From the NCBI GenBank assembly GCA_949358305.1, contig OX442314.1, positions 8,246,001 through 8,310,000 of the forward strand: a stretch of 64,000 bases of DNA. The letters are read 5' to 3'. This document shows positions 22,189 through 35,900 of the stretch, one piece after another (position 1 is the first letter of the stretch; each line of letters starts with the position of its first letter). This DNA is from Strigamia acuminata. Lineage: Eukaryota. Below the pieces are notes generated by a model. That model was given only the letters and a program-made list of their open reading frames with translations, was not told the origin of the DNA and searched no databases. The position numbers and the translations under genes were made by a program.

Positions 22189-22465
22189 TGAGGAAAGGGC
22201 CTGAAATGTCCAAACCAGGCAGAAGTAAAAATTTTAATACTGTTAAAAATTAATGGAAACTCATTAAAGAAAATAAAAAATGAAAAAGGATTACGAATTT
22301 TGTTTTTGGAATGGCATTAATATTTATTCCAGTCATCAGTAAACGATTAATTTAAAAATAATCAGAGTATTGAAATTTATAATGTTTTGTGAGAACAATT
22401 GAACGGAATTAATAAAACAAAATTGATCAGCGACCATTAAATGTAATTCTTATTAAAGAACCAGA

Positions 22466-22860
22466 GAGGATTTATTCTAATTTTAGTTTGTTTATTGTCC
22501 TATCCGAAGATGGGACTGCAAAAATTAGTCTATGGACTCATTGAATGCTCCTCGCCACGGAAATCTTTAGTAAAAGGCGAAAGATTTGCTCCTAAATTGA
22601 CGAGAAGCCAGAGATTGACGAAACAACAACACTTTTACAAAACGAGCCGTGTCAGAAACTGCGTAGAATTATGCTGGTCTTTCGACTTTTCCGCTCAATA
22701 TTAAATTCAATTTGTGAAGCTATACTTAATTTAATCAAACATTTCAGGTTAAAATGTGTAAATAGATTTATTTATTTGACTAAAAATAAAACAACCCATT
22801 TTAAGACTAAAATATTAAATATTTTATTTAATTTTCCAGGCAAACGTGACGATAAACAAA
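22466..22860 (+). repeat. Local duplication of ~23790-24185
   Basis: Shared text GTCCTATCC.AAGATGGGACTGCAAAAATTAGTCTA..CCACGGAAATCTTTAGTAAAAGGCGAAAG..CCAGGCAAACGT in both copies. Confidence 0.8.
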
Positions 22861-23064
22861 TACAAGAAAATCACATTATTAGTTTTATTTGAATTGATTA
22901 GTCAAGAATGACTATTGTATAAAATAGGAAGTGACTTGGAAAATACGAGAGTCTTTCCCTGTTTTATGGCCCTTTATTTCACCCAAAAATCACAAAAAAT
23001 TTGTTTCTAGTCATTGCAACAGTTATGATTGTTTACTTTGGTCTGGTTTAAAGGTTGCTTATTG

Positions 23065-23415
23065 GAGCAAACCAAAAATAAAAAAACATACAGGTTTGTG
23101 CAAAATGCAAATTCCAATCGATTGAGCCTGGTTCGAGAAATTTTTTGACCTATTTTTAATACAGAATACATGAAAAAACGCATCGAGCCGAAATTTTTTG
23201 CCTCCATTATAGTATACGGGATCCGCCGGGTGTCGCTTCGGTTTGCTTACATTTCGCCTGGCGGATCCCGTGTACTATAATGGCGGCCAAAATGTTCGGC
23301 CCGATAGGTTTTTTCATGTTTTCGATATTAAAAATAGGTCAAAAAATTCTCAAACCAGGTCCATTGGATTGGAAATTGCATTCTGCACAAGCCTGTATGT
23401 TTTTGTTTTTGGTTT
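23065..23415. repeat. Diverged foldback element
   Basis: ~23080-23232 is an imperfect reverse complement of ~23255-23405. Confidence 0.7.
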
Positions 23416-23625
23416 AATCAAGAAAAAGTTCCGTTTCGGGCGATCGAAGCCGGTGACCGCATGACAAATTCGGTGGGAAATTTGAAAATGTGCATTGCAG
23501 TGAAGCCAACAGGGATACAACATAAAATCCTTTTTTTACTCGTTTTTAAATCAAATCAAATATGAAAAAAAACATCGAGGAGGAAATATAAATTTCACAT
23601 TAAAAATAAAAAGTAAAAATGAAAT

Positions 23626-23697
23626 TAGCAGAGGATGGTTTCGATCCATCGGCCTCTGGGTTATGGGCCCAGCACGCTTCCACTGCGCCACTCTGCT
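23626..23697 (-). tRNA. tRNA-iMet(CAT), eukaryotic initiator
   Basis: AGCAGAGTGGCGCAGTGGAAGCGTGCTGGGCCCATAACCCAGAGGCCGATGGATCGAAACCATCCTCTGCTA. A1:U72 pair, GGG/CCC anticodon stem, ATCGAAA T-loop, and a downstream oligo-T terminator. Confidence 0.96.
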
Positions 23698-24590
23698 TCG
23701 TATTTTTCAGGCATTGTTTTCCTCAAATGTGAATACGCACGCTGCCATTTTAATTTTCATATCTTCAGCTATGTACATGGAGGATGGAAGAGATTTTATT
23801 CTACTTTTAGTTTGTTTATCGTCCTATCCAAAGATGGGACTGCAAAAATTAGTCTACAGACTCATTGAATGCTCCTCGCCACGGAAATCTTTAGTAAAAG
23901 GCGAAAGATTTGCTCCTAAATTGACGAGAAGCCAGAGATTGACAACCGACCCAATTTTACAAAAACGAGCCACTTTCGAAACGGCGTGCAATTATGTTGG
24001 TGTTTCGAGTCATCCAGTCAATAATAAATTTAATTTATTCAGCTGTACATGTTTACATTGAATATTTCACTTAAAAACGCCGAAATTGATTTATTTATTG
24101 AATAAAAATAAAACTACCTAATTTTCAAACGATGAAATCAATGTTTTGCTAATTATTCCAGGCAAACGTCACCGATAAGCAAATACTTTCGCCCACAAAC
24201 TGCAAAAAATGATACATTCTTCAATTAAAGTTTGTAATTGGTGATGATAAATGATGATGGTAATAACTAATAATAAATACGTTTGACCGATATTAAGTTT
24301 GGTCCTGGTTCGTTGGCTGTTGCTTGAAATGATTTTTCTTTTTTGTTTGATTTGATTTTGTTTGAAGCCAATTTCTCAAATATTGAAAACAAAGACGATT
24401 ATTTTATATAAAAAAGCACGAAGAAAGTAAATTCTCGCGATTTTCGGTGCTTTTATTGAAATAAAATTTGACGCCACCTGTTACCAAAATGGAGCGACAC
24501 GATTAGCTGATCTCTCTTATTTATAAACTACAAGTGTTTTGTACATTTGCGCATTTTCTTCCGTCAGTCAACTTGTTTCATCCGTCAAAA

Positions 24591-24680
24591 ATAAAATTTT
24601 CTGAGAATCTTGTTGTTCCTTGTTATTCTGTCAATTATCGGTAAGATTGTCGTCTGGTGGCGTATAGATACAAATGAAAT
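24591..24680 (+). pseudogene. Decayed paralog of the defensin-like genes
   Basis: Same leader (CAGTCAACTT..CATCCGTCAAAA) but ATA replaces ATG, with a 1-nt frameshift before ..ILLFLVILSII G|GTAAG. It is followed by TGT CGT CTG GTG GCG TAT AGA TAC AAA TGA (C-x4-[Y]-x3-[stop]). Confidence 0.55.
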
Positions 24681-25212
24681 AATCACGAGATCATCTCAAC
24701 CAATCACAACACGCGCTAAGAAATGCAAAAATGTCCAGGTATGCTCATAATAAGCAGGGCCGGCGCGATTGTTCTTGATACTTAAAAATCCGAGCGACGG
24801 ATTTTGATGAAACTTAGTTTGGCGGTTTCGAACATGGTTTTCTGACACTTTCCAAACTTTCAAACACCTAGGTCTTGCGATTTTTTAGCTACGCCAATTT
24901 TATCGTACTGTTTCTGAAAGGCTTATTTTGTTCGTCTCGGTGAGCTGATTCCGAATATGTATAGTAGAAGTGCCAAATGTGTGCGCAAAGGCCTAAAAAA
25001 TTATTATTTCTGAATTTCAAAAAAACCAAAATTGAAATGGGAGTCGAAAAAGAATGAAGTATCGGACCTCTTATAGACAAAAATTAAAGCAATTTTAACC
25101 TATAATTGAAGAGAATGAATTGATGGCTCTACAAAAGATCGTATTGTGTTTAAAAACAAATTTTTATATTTTATTTCTTTGATATAGGTCCTGTGCTGGC
25201 AAACCTACTAAA

Positions 25213-25464
25213 TTATCCAACACTACCAGTATGTATTTCAATTGATGTGCAAACACACTCTCCACCTTCACAAGCACCACTGGCATTTGGCCTAAGCTTA
25301 AGGCATCCATTGGCACATTTTGAGTTATCGCATACATCAGCAGCCATTGCTAAATATGAATAAAAAACATCAATTCTGATTATTGAAACATATAATATAA
25401 TTTGTGTAAAATATTACTTACCAATACACGACAAAAGAAAGAAGATGATGATTATGTATTTCAT
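25213..25464 (-). CDS. Secreted CS-alpha/beta defensin-like peptide 5 (59 aa; exons 25464-25422, 25349-25213)
   Basis: MKYIIIIFFLLSCIAMAA-DVCDNSKCANGCLKLRPNASGACEGGECVCTSIEIHTGSVG. Phase-1 GT-AG intron; C-x4-C-x3-C-x10-C-x4-C-x-C. Confidence 0.87.
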
Positions 25465-26898
25465 TTTCTGTAGATGCTTTTGTTGTAGAAAGAATTTAGC
25501 TAGGGAACCACAAATGAAGATTTCCGTTGGATGTCACTGCTGAAGTAGCGACACCGTTGGTAAAATACTATATTTTAATGGTCGCATGTGGATGGTGTTT
25601 ACTTAATTCTATTCAACTCATTTTATGAGAAGCTGCCAATTTGAATTGATTGCGAATTACAAGAATAGCTCTTAATCACCATTAAGCAGAAAAATTGTCA
25701 AACATAAACCCGAACGAATAAAATTAAAAATTTTGCTTTTAACCTTTCGATGCAAAAGGGTTAAATATGCTTTTTTTAGTATCAGCCCTTTATCTTTTTG
25801 GACAATTTTCATCTCCATTATTTAAAGTGTCGTTTAGTTTGTTTTTAGTTCAAGTATAATTTTATAGATGGCGCTAATGTGTGAACAATAAAAATAAATA
25901 AGATTGCACCATCTGGTGGTGGTTTTAAACATTACTGGTAAAAGCCAGAAGCTGTTAGCATAGTCTAAACAGGACTTCTCAATCGCCATTTTTTTGGAAT
26001 CACTTGCAATTGTGAAGTAGGCACTATATGACGTCGCACTGTATTGTGTGATTTTCCATCGCGGTTGTTGCATCTGACTGTTGTCTTCACCTAGTTTCTC
26101 CCACCTACTAAAAACAAAGACGTAGTTCTATGTCAAAAACAAGGAATGACATGTGTATTGCCAATAAAAGATGTTTTTACAACCACTATCAATTATATTG
26201 TACGTAGTGGCACTATAACAATCGAAATGAATGGAAGTTTTTTTTCTCAAATGTCAATGATTAAGAAACGTGATTTAATCCAAACTTCCGCCAAAGTTTT
26301 ATCTATTTTTCTTCTTGCAGTTTGTGTGTTTTCAAGTAAAGTCTTACATGGGTAGCATAAGAAACCTGAAATGACATACAAGAAATGAATGAAATGAATT
26401 AAAACAAGTAAATATAAAAAAACGAAATTTTTTGATAAAGGCTTTTCTATCGATGCTACAAATCGTCGCCAGAATGCCAATAAACCATTAAAAAGCGTAA
26501 TTTTTCTTTGCAATTTAAAGAAACAAAACATACAGGTTCGTAGAGCATTAAATCATCTACAAACCGAGACTAGTTTCAGCATTTATCGGAACCTTTTAAA
26601 CGTCGAAAAAAGCAGTTTTAGAGTCGAGTCGGACGATTTGGCATCCATTATAGTTTTAGTCGCGTATAGATGGCGCTAGCAACACTGGACGTTGAAACAA
26701 ACACACGAACATTCATGTCAAGTTAAATAAAAGCCTTTAAAAAGGAGATTTTCAGATTTAAGACGTGATATTTGCAAACAACACACGGTTAGTAACTGTT
26801 AAAACATTGATTTACTGCGTGACAAAAATGCACAATATCAGCTACAACTTAGACTTTGTTTTTTATCCATATAGCCTCCAGAATCTCAACAATAAATG

Positions 26899-26938
26899 AA
26901 AAGAAAAGAAAAGAAAAGAAAAGAAAAGAAAAGAAAAG
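26899..26938. repeat. (GAAAA)n microsatellite
   Basis: About 8 perfect copies. Confidence 0.9.
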
Positions 26939-27425
26939 CAGTTTTATATAATTTTCTAGAAATTAATGAAATCAATCAACCTGACAACACAAACTGTAAA
27001 AGGCGTTTCAATATTTTACATCTTTACAGATGAAAGGTTATGTATTTACATGGTGAATGAGTGACATCTCAACTATACATCAAGTGACTAGAAATGTGAA
27101 TCCTATGTCACACAGATTGACAAGTTTAACATTTGATTTTTCTTTGGTAATCTCGAAATTCCAGTTCCTTTCGAATACAAAATTTAATTTTCAACAAAAA
27201 TTTGCATTGGAATTTCATTGTTGTTTGGAACCAAAGAGTTTAGGAACTGAAAATTCATCAACAAATGTCTCTGATCCAATTCAATAATATATATATATAT
27301 TTTTTTAAATTTTTTTTCAAGTTCCTGAACCCTTTGATCCCGAAAGAAACAAAAATCAATCCAGTGGAGAATCAAACTTGTTTCTCGACAAGAACAGTAA
27401 TGATAATGATAATAATAACAATTTT

Positions 27426-28418
27426 CACTGCAAAAAAAATTAGATTTTCGTCCATAAAATATTTTGGAAATATAACTGAAATTTAAAATTTCCAAATTGT
27501 ACGCAACATCAAATTTCCAATGACTTTCCAAGACTGAATGAAACCGTTTGCAAACAACTTTTCGTAGCACGATATATTATATTTCCAAACAGTTAGACAT
27601 GTTTCTCAACCAGTAAAGACAACATTTCCAAGTATAAAATATGAGTGTCCCATCAGTAAATAACAACTTTCCAAATATAAAATATAATATTTCTATAATC
27701 TCTATTACATAGTTTTTTTAAATAAAAATTCTAAATGAGTTAAATCTAAAAATAAATCCCTAGACATTTTCATGAAAAATCAACACATCCTGAAGATATG
27801 CAGAAGATTCATAAATCCTGAATCCAATAATCTTGAATCCATAATCCATAAATCAAGGCTATGATCATAGCCTCGACACGAAAAAAGAGCAAAATGAACT
27901 AAAGGCAGTGATACAAACTCGTATCAACGTGATGGTGAAACAAATTCTAGAACCAAAATAAAATGTTACAATACAGAATTTGTGTCAACTTTTTAATTCA
28001 TCTAACTCAAACAATAATAATCTAATTATTTGTTGAAGTAAAAATGATAAAACCAATCCCATATTTAAAACACATAAATTTTCTAGTTTTGAATTATGTC
28101 GTCATCTGATGATAAACCCATACATTTCCAAATCTACTTTACATTAACTTTCCATACAATTACAATAACTTGCAACATCATCTTTCAGTCTTGTAAAATT
28201 TAGAGAAATTTAAATTTCCAAACCTAGTTTACATTGGCTTTCCATACATTTAACAATAACTTACAACATCATCTTTCAGTGTTGAAAATTTACAGAAATT
28301 CAACTTTCTATAAAATATTTCCATTTCCTTTCCATTATATTTCCAAACTGGAATTTATCCAATTCCTCCTTTAACTTTCCAAAGACTTTTTTTTGGAAAT
28401 CCAAAATTTTTTGCAGTG
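27426..28418. mobile_element. Non-autonomous DNA element with CACTG-starting TIRs (CACTA/EnSpm-like)
   Basis: CACTGCAAAAAAAATTAGATTTTC ... GGAAATCCAAAATTTTTTGCAGTG. No clean TSD seen. Confidence 0.45.
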
Positions 28419-28487
28419 GTTCAATAACACAATTCACTATAAACTCATTTTATATTTACATTAGCAAAACTGCTGCTAATAACTTAA

Positions 28488-28983
28488 CACTAGAACGGCT
28501 GGAATTTCCCCCTACCTAGAACGGCTGAAACCGGTCAAAATGACCCATTACGTACAAATGTCGTTACAATATTATTACGTTTGTTCATTATTCCAAATTA
28601 AAAATCCAATTTTAGACATGGAAATATTCTGCTATCACAGATCGCAGCGCCATTTAGCAGCAAAATATAAAACTAATATCAAGTTTTAAATGCGATCAAT
28701 TTAACAAAAAAAAAACAGCATGTGATTGGCTTAAACTTACTTTAAAATTGGCATATATATACATGTACATAATAAAAACGTTATATGCACGTATTGTTCA
28801 TGTTATTTCGACCGGTCATTTTGACCGGTTTCAGTCGTTCTAAGGTAATTCTCTTTTTTTTATTATTGTTTAAGAAAAATAGCACACAGCTAAAGTAAAA
28901 AAAAAACACCTTTGGAAACCCATTGGGTTTATTGCTACAGCTGTTTTAAACAGCTGTGCCGGACCGGTCCAACCGTTCTAGTG
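28488..28983. mobile_element. piggyBac-type MITE
   Basis: TTAA on both sides, TIR CACTAGAACGG/CCGTTCTAGTG, and a subterminal inverted repeat (GAAACCGGTCAAAATGACC). Confidence 0.75.
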
Positions 28984-29986
28984 TTAATGATAACTATATA
29001 CAATGTTAGACTTTGAGCCACACAATTCGTCTCAATATCACTTTAGTTGAAAGAAAAATAAAATAAAAACAATTTTATTTTAAAAATCAATCATTATAAT
29101 TATCATTATTATTACAACTGCTTCTAAAATAATATCCACATGAACACCATTTTAACAAATCCTGGAACTTATTAGTAGCCCCATTGACAATAACATTGTA
29201 TACTAAATTCCACACAAATTTTCAATTTGAAACCATTTCTTAACAAATCACACATTATTATTATGTTTTTATTCCCCATTTTTTAAAAAATAGATATTTT
29301 TTAAAATTTCTATTACTGTATAACACTGAATTATTGTATTTTTAATCGATGTATTCAGAAACAGTTTTCCATCGGCTTTTAAAAGCAAAAAATATACAAT
29401 GACAACATTCCTAAAATCAAACTTCCAACCCACACAGCAAACATTTCAGATTGTAATAAATTTTGATTGTTAAAAAAATGCACATTGTTTTAAAAATGCA
29501 AAACAATCTCTGAATACTCTGCTGTTGTTTTGAAAAATGTTAAATTCCAAACAAACTGAGCACATTGTCTATCCTCAATTGATATAAAACATGGCAGTTA
29601 AGCAATTTATCATCGTTTTTGGCTCTAAAATCAAAATCAAAATCAAAGACGGTCCTGTCCAACCAAAACAGAGCAGAGCACTAAAAAAACCAAGTGTTAG
29701 TGACTATTTTTAACACCAGACGATAGAGATTTGCAAGGTGAAACGAGGTGGGACTGAGACTGAGACTGAGGAAGCAGAAGGGATTTCAATCATGAAGGAT
29801 GAAAAGCATCGACGAGATAACACGAAGACGGACTTGAGAATGAGTTTACGATTCATCTTTTTCTCCCTTTCTTTTGTTTTTGTTTTTAAAAGTTCTTGTT
29901 TTCATAACATCATCTAAATTAGTTTACAGCACAAGATGAAATTTATGGCCTTAGAAGTGATGACGGATAGTGAAACTGTGAGCAGC

Positions 29987-32900
29987 TCAAATGCCAATGC
30001 TTAGGCTTGGCAGTTTAGGAATGAACGATTTACCAACCTAGCAACAAACAAGGAGACAAATGTTAGTGACAAAGCGTGGAAAATCAAGTGCAACGAGTGT
30101 TAAATCCTGTTACCAACTAAAACATTTTTCTCTACATTTTTGCTTTTCTGCATAGCGTGCAAATAGTAATTAAAGACACATGTTATTTATTGCCAAGGTG
30201 GGTTCTCACTTAGATGTAAAGTAATGCAACGCAATGCAATGTTTCTACGAGTTGCATTGTGGGATTGATTTAGGCGTAACCAAGGGAGAAAGTTACTTCA
30301 AATTAGTTTGTTATGCAATGCACCAAACTTACATCCAGCCAATCAGGTGCGACTTCAATCTCGCGAAGCAAATTGAGACTGAACGAGACTCAAAATACAC
30401 AGGTTGTAGTTTAGGGCCGCCATTTTGCTGATCCAACTTGGTTTGTGTTCTGAATCGAAGTGTTGCCAGTCAATTCTGATTGGTTCATTATTACTTCAAC
30501 TTCAAACAAGTACGCACATACAAGGTGGTAACCAAAAATAACCGGAATTCTCTTCCGATGGGCAGATTCCTTTTAGTAAAAGCTTCCCCTGCTAGGTGAG
30601 TCTTCTATACTCAAACCCACTCCAAGAGTGGCCTAACTCTCAATGGCCGAGTCTTATTACCCCTAACTACAGACTGTGAACTATCTGCATCAGTCTGTCA
30701 GCTGGAGTTGTTGAGAGACACTGCGTTCGACTTCAGTGAACATTTTTCGAAGATTATACTCCAAACCGGTACAATGTTGTCCTAACTTCTATTGGTTGAG
30801 CCGGATTACGCCTAACTGGACTGTGCTCTACTACGCAGAAAGTAGTTCCGTTTATTTTCAATGAATTTCAGTGTAAAAAGTGATTTTAATGATGGATTGT
30901 ATTTATTTGATAATAACATGTCTATTTTATTTGCTAAATAAGCTTTTAATCAATCAAACAACGGTTCAGTTTTTTATTGGTTGTTTTGTCAAGTTAGATT
31001 ACAATTCTGGGACAATTCTGGTGTGCCACTACACCAGTGGCTCGGCTCAACCAATAGGAGTTAGGACAATGTTGTACCGATTTGGAGTACAGGTCAAGTG
31101 GTTTGGCGATTTCCTAATGATTGGTTTTCACAAACACTGTACGGCAGTAAAATTCGTCACAACAACTGTTCTAGGAGTCTATCTGCATCAGTGTACCAGC
31201 AGATGATGCAGCTGAGTTCCTAGAACAGTTGCTTTGGGAAAGTGCATTAGGAAACAAATTTTACTTGCTCACATTGTTCATGTAAACTAGTCATTAGAAA
31301 AATGCCAAACCGCTTTGACCTATACTCTTGTTCGACTCAAAAGGGTGGCCTTCTCCCATTGGCCGAGCCGTATCACTGGTGTAGTGATCCAAAAATATAG
31401 ACCCAAACACCAGAAATGCATTACAATGTACTGACATTATAATCGATTGCCTAGGTAACGGCCAAAATTTCAAAAATTTGCGCTTTATAGACAAAATAAC
31501 CAATAAACAGAACAAACATGAGTTTTGCATTTATACGTGTATAGAACTTTATTTCATAAAAGGAAGTAACATTTCTTTATAAAAATAATCAAAATTATAT
31601 CTACTTAAATGGTAATAACAATCACAAAACAAAATAAAAATAATAACTACTTCTCCTAGGCGTAGTAATACAGACTAGAGTTAAGAGTAATGCGGCTCGG
31701 CCAATGGGAGAAGGCCACCCTTTTGATTCGAAGAAGAGTATAGTCTCCGGACAAATTTCACTGAAGTTGAACGTGCATTATCTTACTAATTTACCTTACC
31801 TTTTTATTTTTACTTTACTTCCAAGTAGGAACCCACCCTAACAGTTTCAAATGAATGCTGGCAGTTGCTACTGGCTGGAAACATTACTAGATGCCTGCTG
31901 CCAGTAACAGCTGACAGTAAGCATTTCTAAAATCAAAATAAATTTGAAAGGCAGCAAAGCAAGGTGACTACAGTTCCAGAAGCTATTAGATTGCAAACCA
32001 TTATTAACTAGATTTTTAATTGGTTATACATTTAACACTATATCAGTGCACTCAAGTTTTAAAGAAGAATAGCAAGGATTTAAATAAGTTGAAACTAAAA
32101 CTCAAATTCATTGTTTTATGAAAGCAATGTCAGGATGGTTCAGCTATTACTCTACCTTCCATGTGAAGGTGGATTTCTCACAGTTGATATGTGATTAAGT
32201 AAGAAAATATAAAATCTTTGCTATTTTCCTTCAAGAAAACAAAAAATTGGCACAAAAAATTGCCTTAAAAAAAAAAAATACCAAAAAAAAAAAAAAAATT
32301 CCATAAATTCTGTATTCAAGACATTGATAACAGCCATTAAACCATTTTTTAAAGGCACATTAAAACTATTTTCTGGATAAAATATATTCTGCTGTTCTAT
32401 AGTGCAGTGACTTGCTCTAATGCTTCCCCTTCCCCCTTCTAACTAAGAAGATACAATCTGACAACGACGAGAAACAGCTGTAATTGCCAGTAGGTCACCC
32501 AAGGCTTGTGCCTAACTTCTGGTTATAGGCTTAGTGTGCCAATCCTTCCTACGCTGTCTCTTCCTTGAAAATTAACCGCCCTAAAAACAGATCATTCACA
32601 CTTGTAGAAATTAGACTCTCTAAAAGTTACGACTTCTACATAAGTGGTTCAAGTGTGAATTAGATATTACAGTACTTTATTTGGATGAATCTACCAGATT
32701 TAGCTAAGTTTACATTCACAATGTGTGGTTGTTCACATGTTCCTTGCGAGTACGGAAACAAATGTGAATATTTAACACCAAGTTTAAAAAAAATATATAT
32801 TTATTTGAGCTGCCATCTGTCCTCGGAAAGTTTTAACATTGCAATATTGTCAGTCATATTGATTCACACAAAATGGTGAATGAGAAGTTCTACAGGGAAC

Positions 32901-35900
32901 AAGAATCCGCATAATAATTTTGTCAGTTACAGGGAATTGGTAATTCTGGGCACCTTTCTTCCCAAGCGATGAATGACTATGCACTTTCATCACCATCGTC
33001 TGATCCAAACAGGGTCGGGTTAAGCTGAAGAAGCTTCTGCGATTGTGGGAGCCCCACAATTCTGCAGACGACCATTTTTACATTCGTATTGCGGCGTTAG
33101 AGATGAAATTCTTGGATCGTTGCAAGACGAACTACTGCGAAAGCATTTGCCAAGAATGTTTTCATGAATCAAGAATAAAACTTCGAGGTTTGAAGGCGAT
33201 CAGAAACCGCGATCCAAACCACACAGCACTTATTGACTGTGGCAAAGTAAAACAGGTGTAAAAGAGTACAAGATTGCAATTTTATAGGTTGAATTTTGGT
33301 AGTGGAAATCTATTTTCTGAAACTCAGTCCTGTCACATTAAGCAATATTAAATTTCATTGATTTAAAGTTACCCTCAAAATCAGAACTCCCTGAACTGTA
33401 CTACAGCAGAATGAAATAAATCTCTAGTATAAATATTCATGAGTTTCTAAATCAAAATTAAAAAAAAAATCTTTTTAAAAATTAATGTCGACTGTGCCTC
33501 ATAACAAATTTATTATTTAATGTAAATTCCAAAAAAAAACAAAAAAAAAAAAAAACCAAAGGCCAACTTAAAAATGAGCAAAATAACAAACAGTACACAA
33601 ACAATGGCTGTCCATTTAAAAAATGAAAAAAAAAAAAAAAAAACTGCAAACTGCGCCTGCATTATGTAAAGTAAAACAACGGACCAAAAAAAAAAAAAAA
33701 AAAAAAAAAACAACAAAACTTGGACAATCAAAAAATGAGCAGCAAAAATTAATTGCGGCGGCGAAGATACCGTACCACAACGATTCACACTGTTCCATAT
33801 CAGCACAGACATAAAGCAGTTTCGTGTAAAATTCGTGTAATCACGTGTCACTAGAAGCTAAGGTCCAGGTACATGGGGGAGAAAAAGAAAACACATCTTT
33901 TCTCTGTGAAAACCAATGCTTTACTGATTTAATAATGTATAAAATGCTTACAAAAACGCATTGCTTCCCAACTAATTATGTTCGTTACCCGTTGTCATCC
34001 AAGAATACAAAGCGACTGTATATTATGTGGCAAAACACACTGAACATGTTGTCCTTAGTTCATGGTTCTACACTGTAATTTGCGGCACTGTTGGTACTGT
34101 GCCTCTTTGACATTTTTTATTTGGATTTCTTGTCAATGTGTTCTTGTAGATTAAAAAGAGACTGCTTAACTTCTGTGTTCAAATGGAAACAAAGTATCAA
34201 AGGGTGGATAGCAACATCTGCTTAACTATTTTTACAGTAGAAAAAATGAGCCAATAATCTTCCTTAATCCACCCCTGCGAGTTATCCCATATGGTTCAAA
34301 AATACATTAAAACTATACGGTTCTGAATTTATTGCAATGCATTTAGAAATGCCTTGGGTTTCAAGAGAATGCATTTTGTAATATATTTTAACATGCTATA
34401 GGTTTGCATTCCCAATATTTCTATTGTATTGTGAAATGAATTATTTAATGTAGAAATAACACACGGTACTTGATTCTGAGAAATGCAATACAAGCCTAAA
34501 CACGCAATTAGAATAAGAATTTACAAATTCTCTCACTGGATGGCGTCAGACTGATTTATCTATACTACATTTACATTTACATTACATTTACAAGTTAACT
34601 GGGTTTCCCCCTATTGTAACAAAGTTAAATCTCCCAGTGGTGCTGAGTGCAAATGCACTCCAGCGCCAACTGGTGAGAAATTATGTAAACTATCACTTTA
34701 AACAGAGCGGTCGGACTCGCTGCTTTTCAGCGCAGTCCGGGCGCGTAACAATATATTTTGAACCATATGGAATGTAGCCGTTTGGTAAATCGTACCGTTG
34801 AATCGCTGAAACACGGTAGAATGGAGCAAAATAATTGGGCAGGGAAAAATATGTCATGGTTCGTACCCTTCCATTAATATATGAGCACTTTAGTTTGTTA
34901 ATTTCTCACCAAATCGCGTTTTGGACACACTACTAGGAAGATGAGGCTTGATCTTTGCGTCCAGAAAAGGAAATTACAGATCGGATCCCTTTGACTGATG
35001 TCTAGGGGGAAGATAAAGAAAGAAATGTGAGTTGTCACCATCTCAAGACAGGGCTCACAATTCATTGCATTCGGGGACAGCGACAACAAGGGTTTTTCCT
35101 CATCTAACAAGTGTAAATAAGGGAACGATGCAACCCAAGAGTAATGAATGATAAAACAAAGTGTTTTTTTTTTAACAAAATTATAAAATCATGCGCCGGG
35201 AGGGATAAAGATCTTGAAATCTCAATTCGAAAAGATTTAAAGTTATAGCGTTTGAATGGCGCTGATTGGTGCAATCGCGGTGTCGGTGTTCAGAGTTTGT
35301 CCGAAGTTGATATCGATGTATTTTTCTAGATGTTAGGTGTGGGGAATAAATATAAAGGCACTTAAAAATTGGATGTAAAATTAACAAACTGAAAATATAT
35401 TTATTGTATTATTTATTAGGATGTTACTTAATATCAAAATGAAGTTACTGTGGTCTGTTTATCACATTTGGATATGATCAGTTTTAATTTGAAAAAACAA
35501 AAAAAAATTTCTATATTTGCTTGTTCTGAATATTTTTGTTAAAATTCAACAACTCTGAAATTTTTTGTTAAAATTCAACAATTCTGAAATTTTTGTTAAA
35601 ATTCAACAATTCTGAAATTTTTGTTAAAATTCAACAATTCTAAATTTTTTGTTAAAATTCAACAATTCTGAAATTTTTGTTAAAATTCAACAATTATCAA
35701 ATTTTTGTTAAAATTCAACAATTATCAATTTTTTTTGTTAAAATTCAACAATTATCAAATTTTTGTTAAAATTCAACAATTATCAATTTTTTTTGTTAAA
35801 ATTCAACAATTATCAATTTTTTTTGTTAAAATTCAACAAATATCAGAAATTTTTATTTAAATTTAACAATTTTCTGAAATTTTTGTAAAAATTCAACAAT

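Noticed and set aside
20629..25349. Assignment of the peptides as scorpion-type K+ channel toxins
   Set aside because: The typical Lys before the fourth Cys (GKC) is absent (GNC, GTC, GYC, GAC), and the fold alone cannot separate toxin from defensin.
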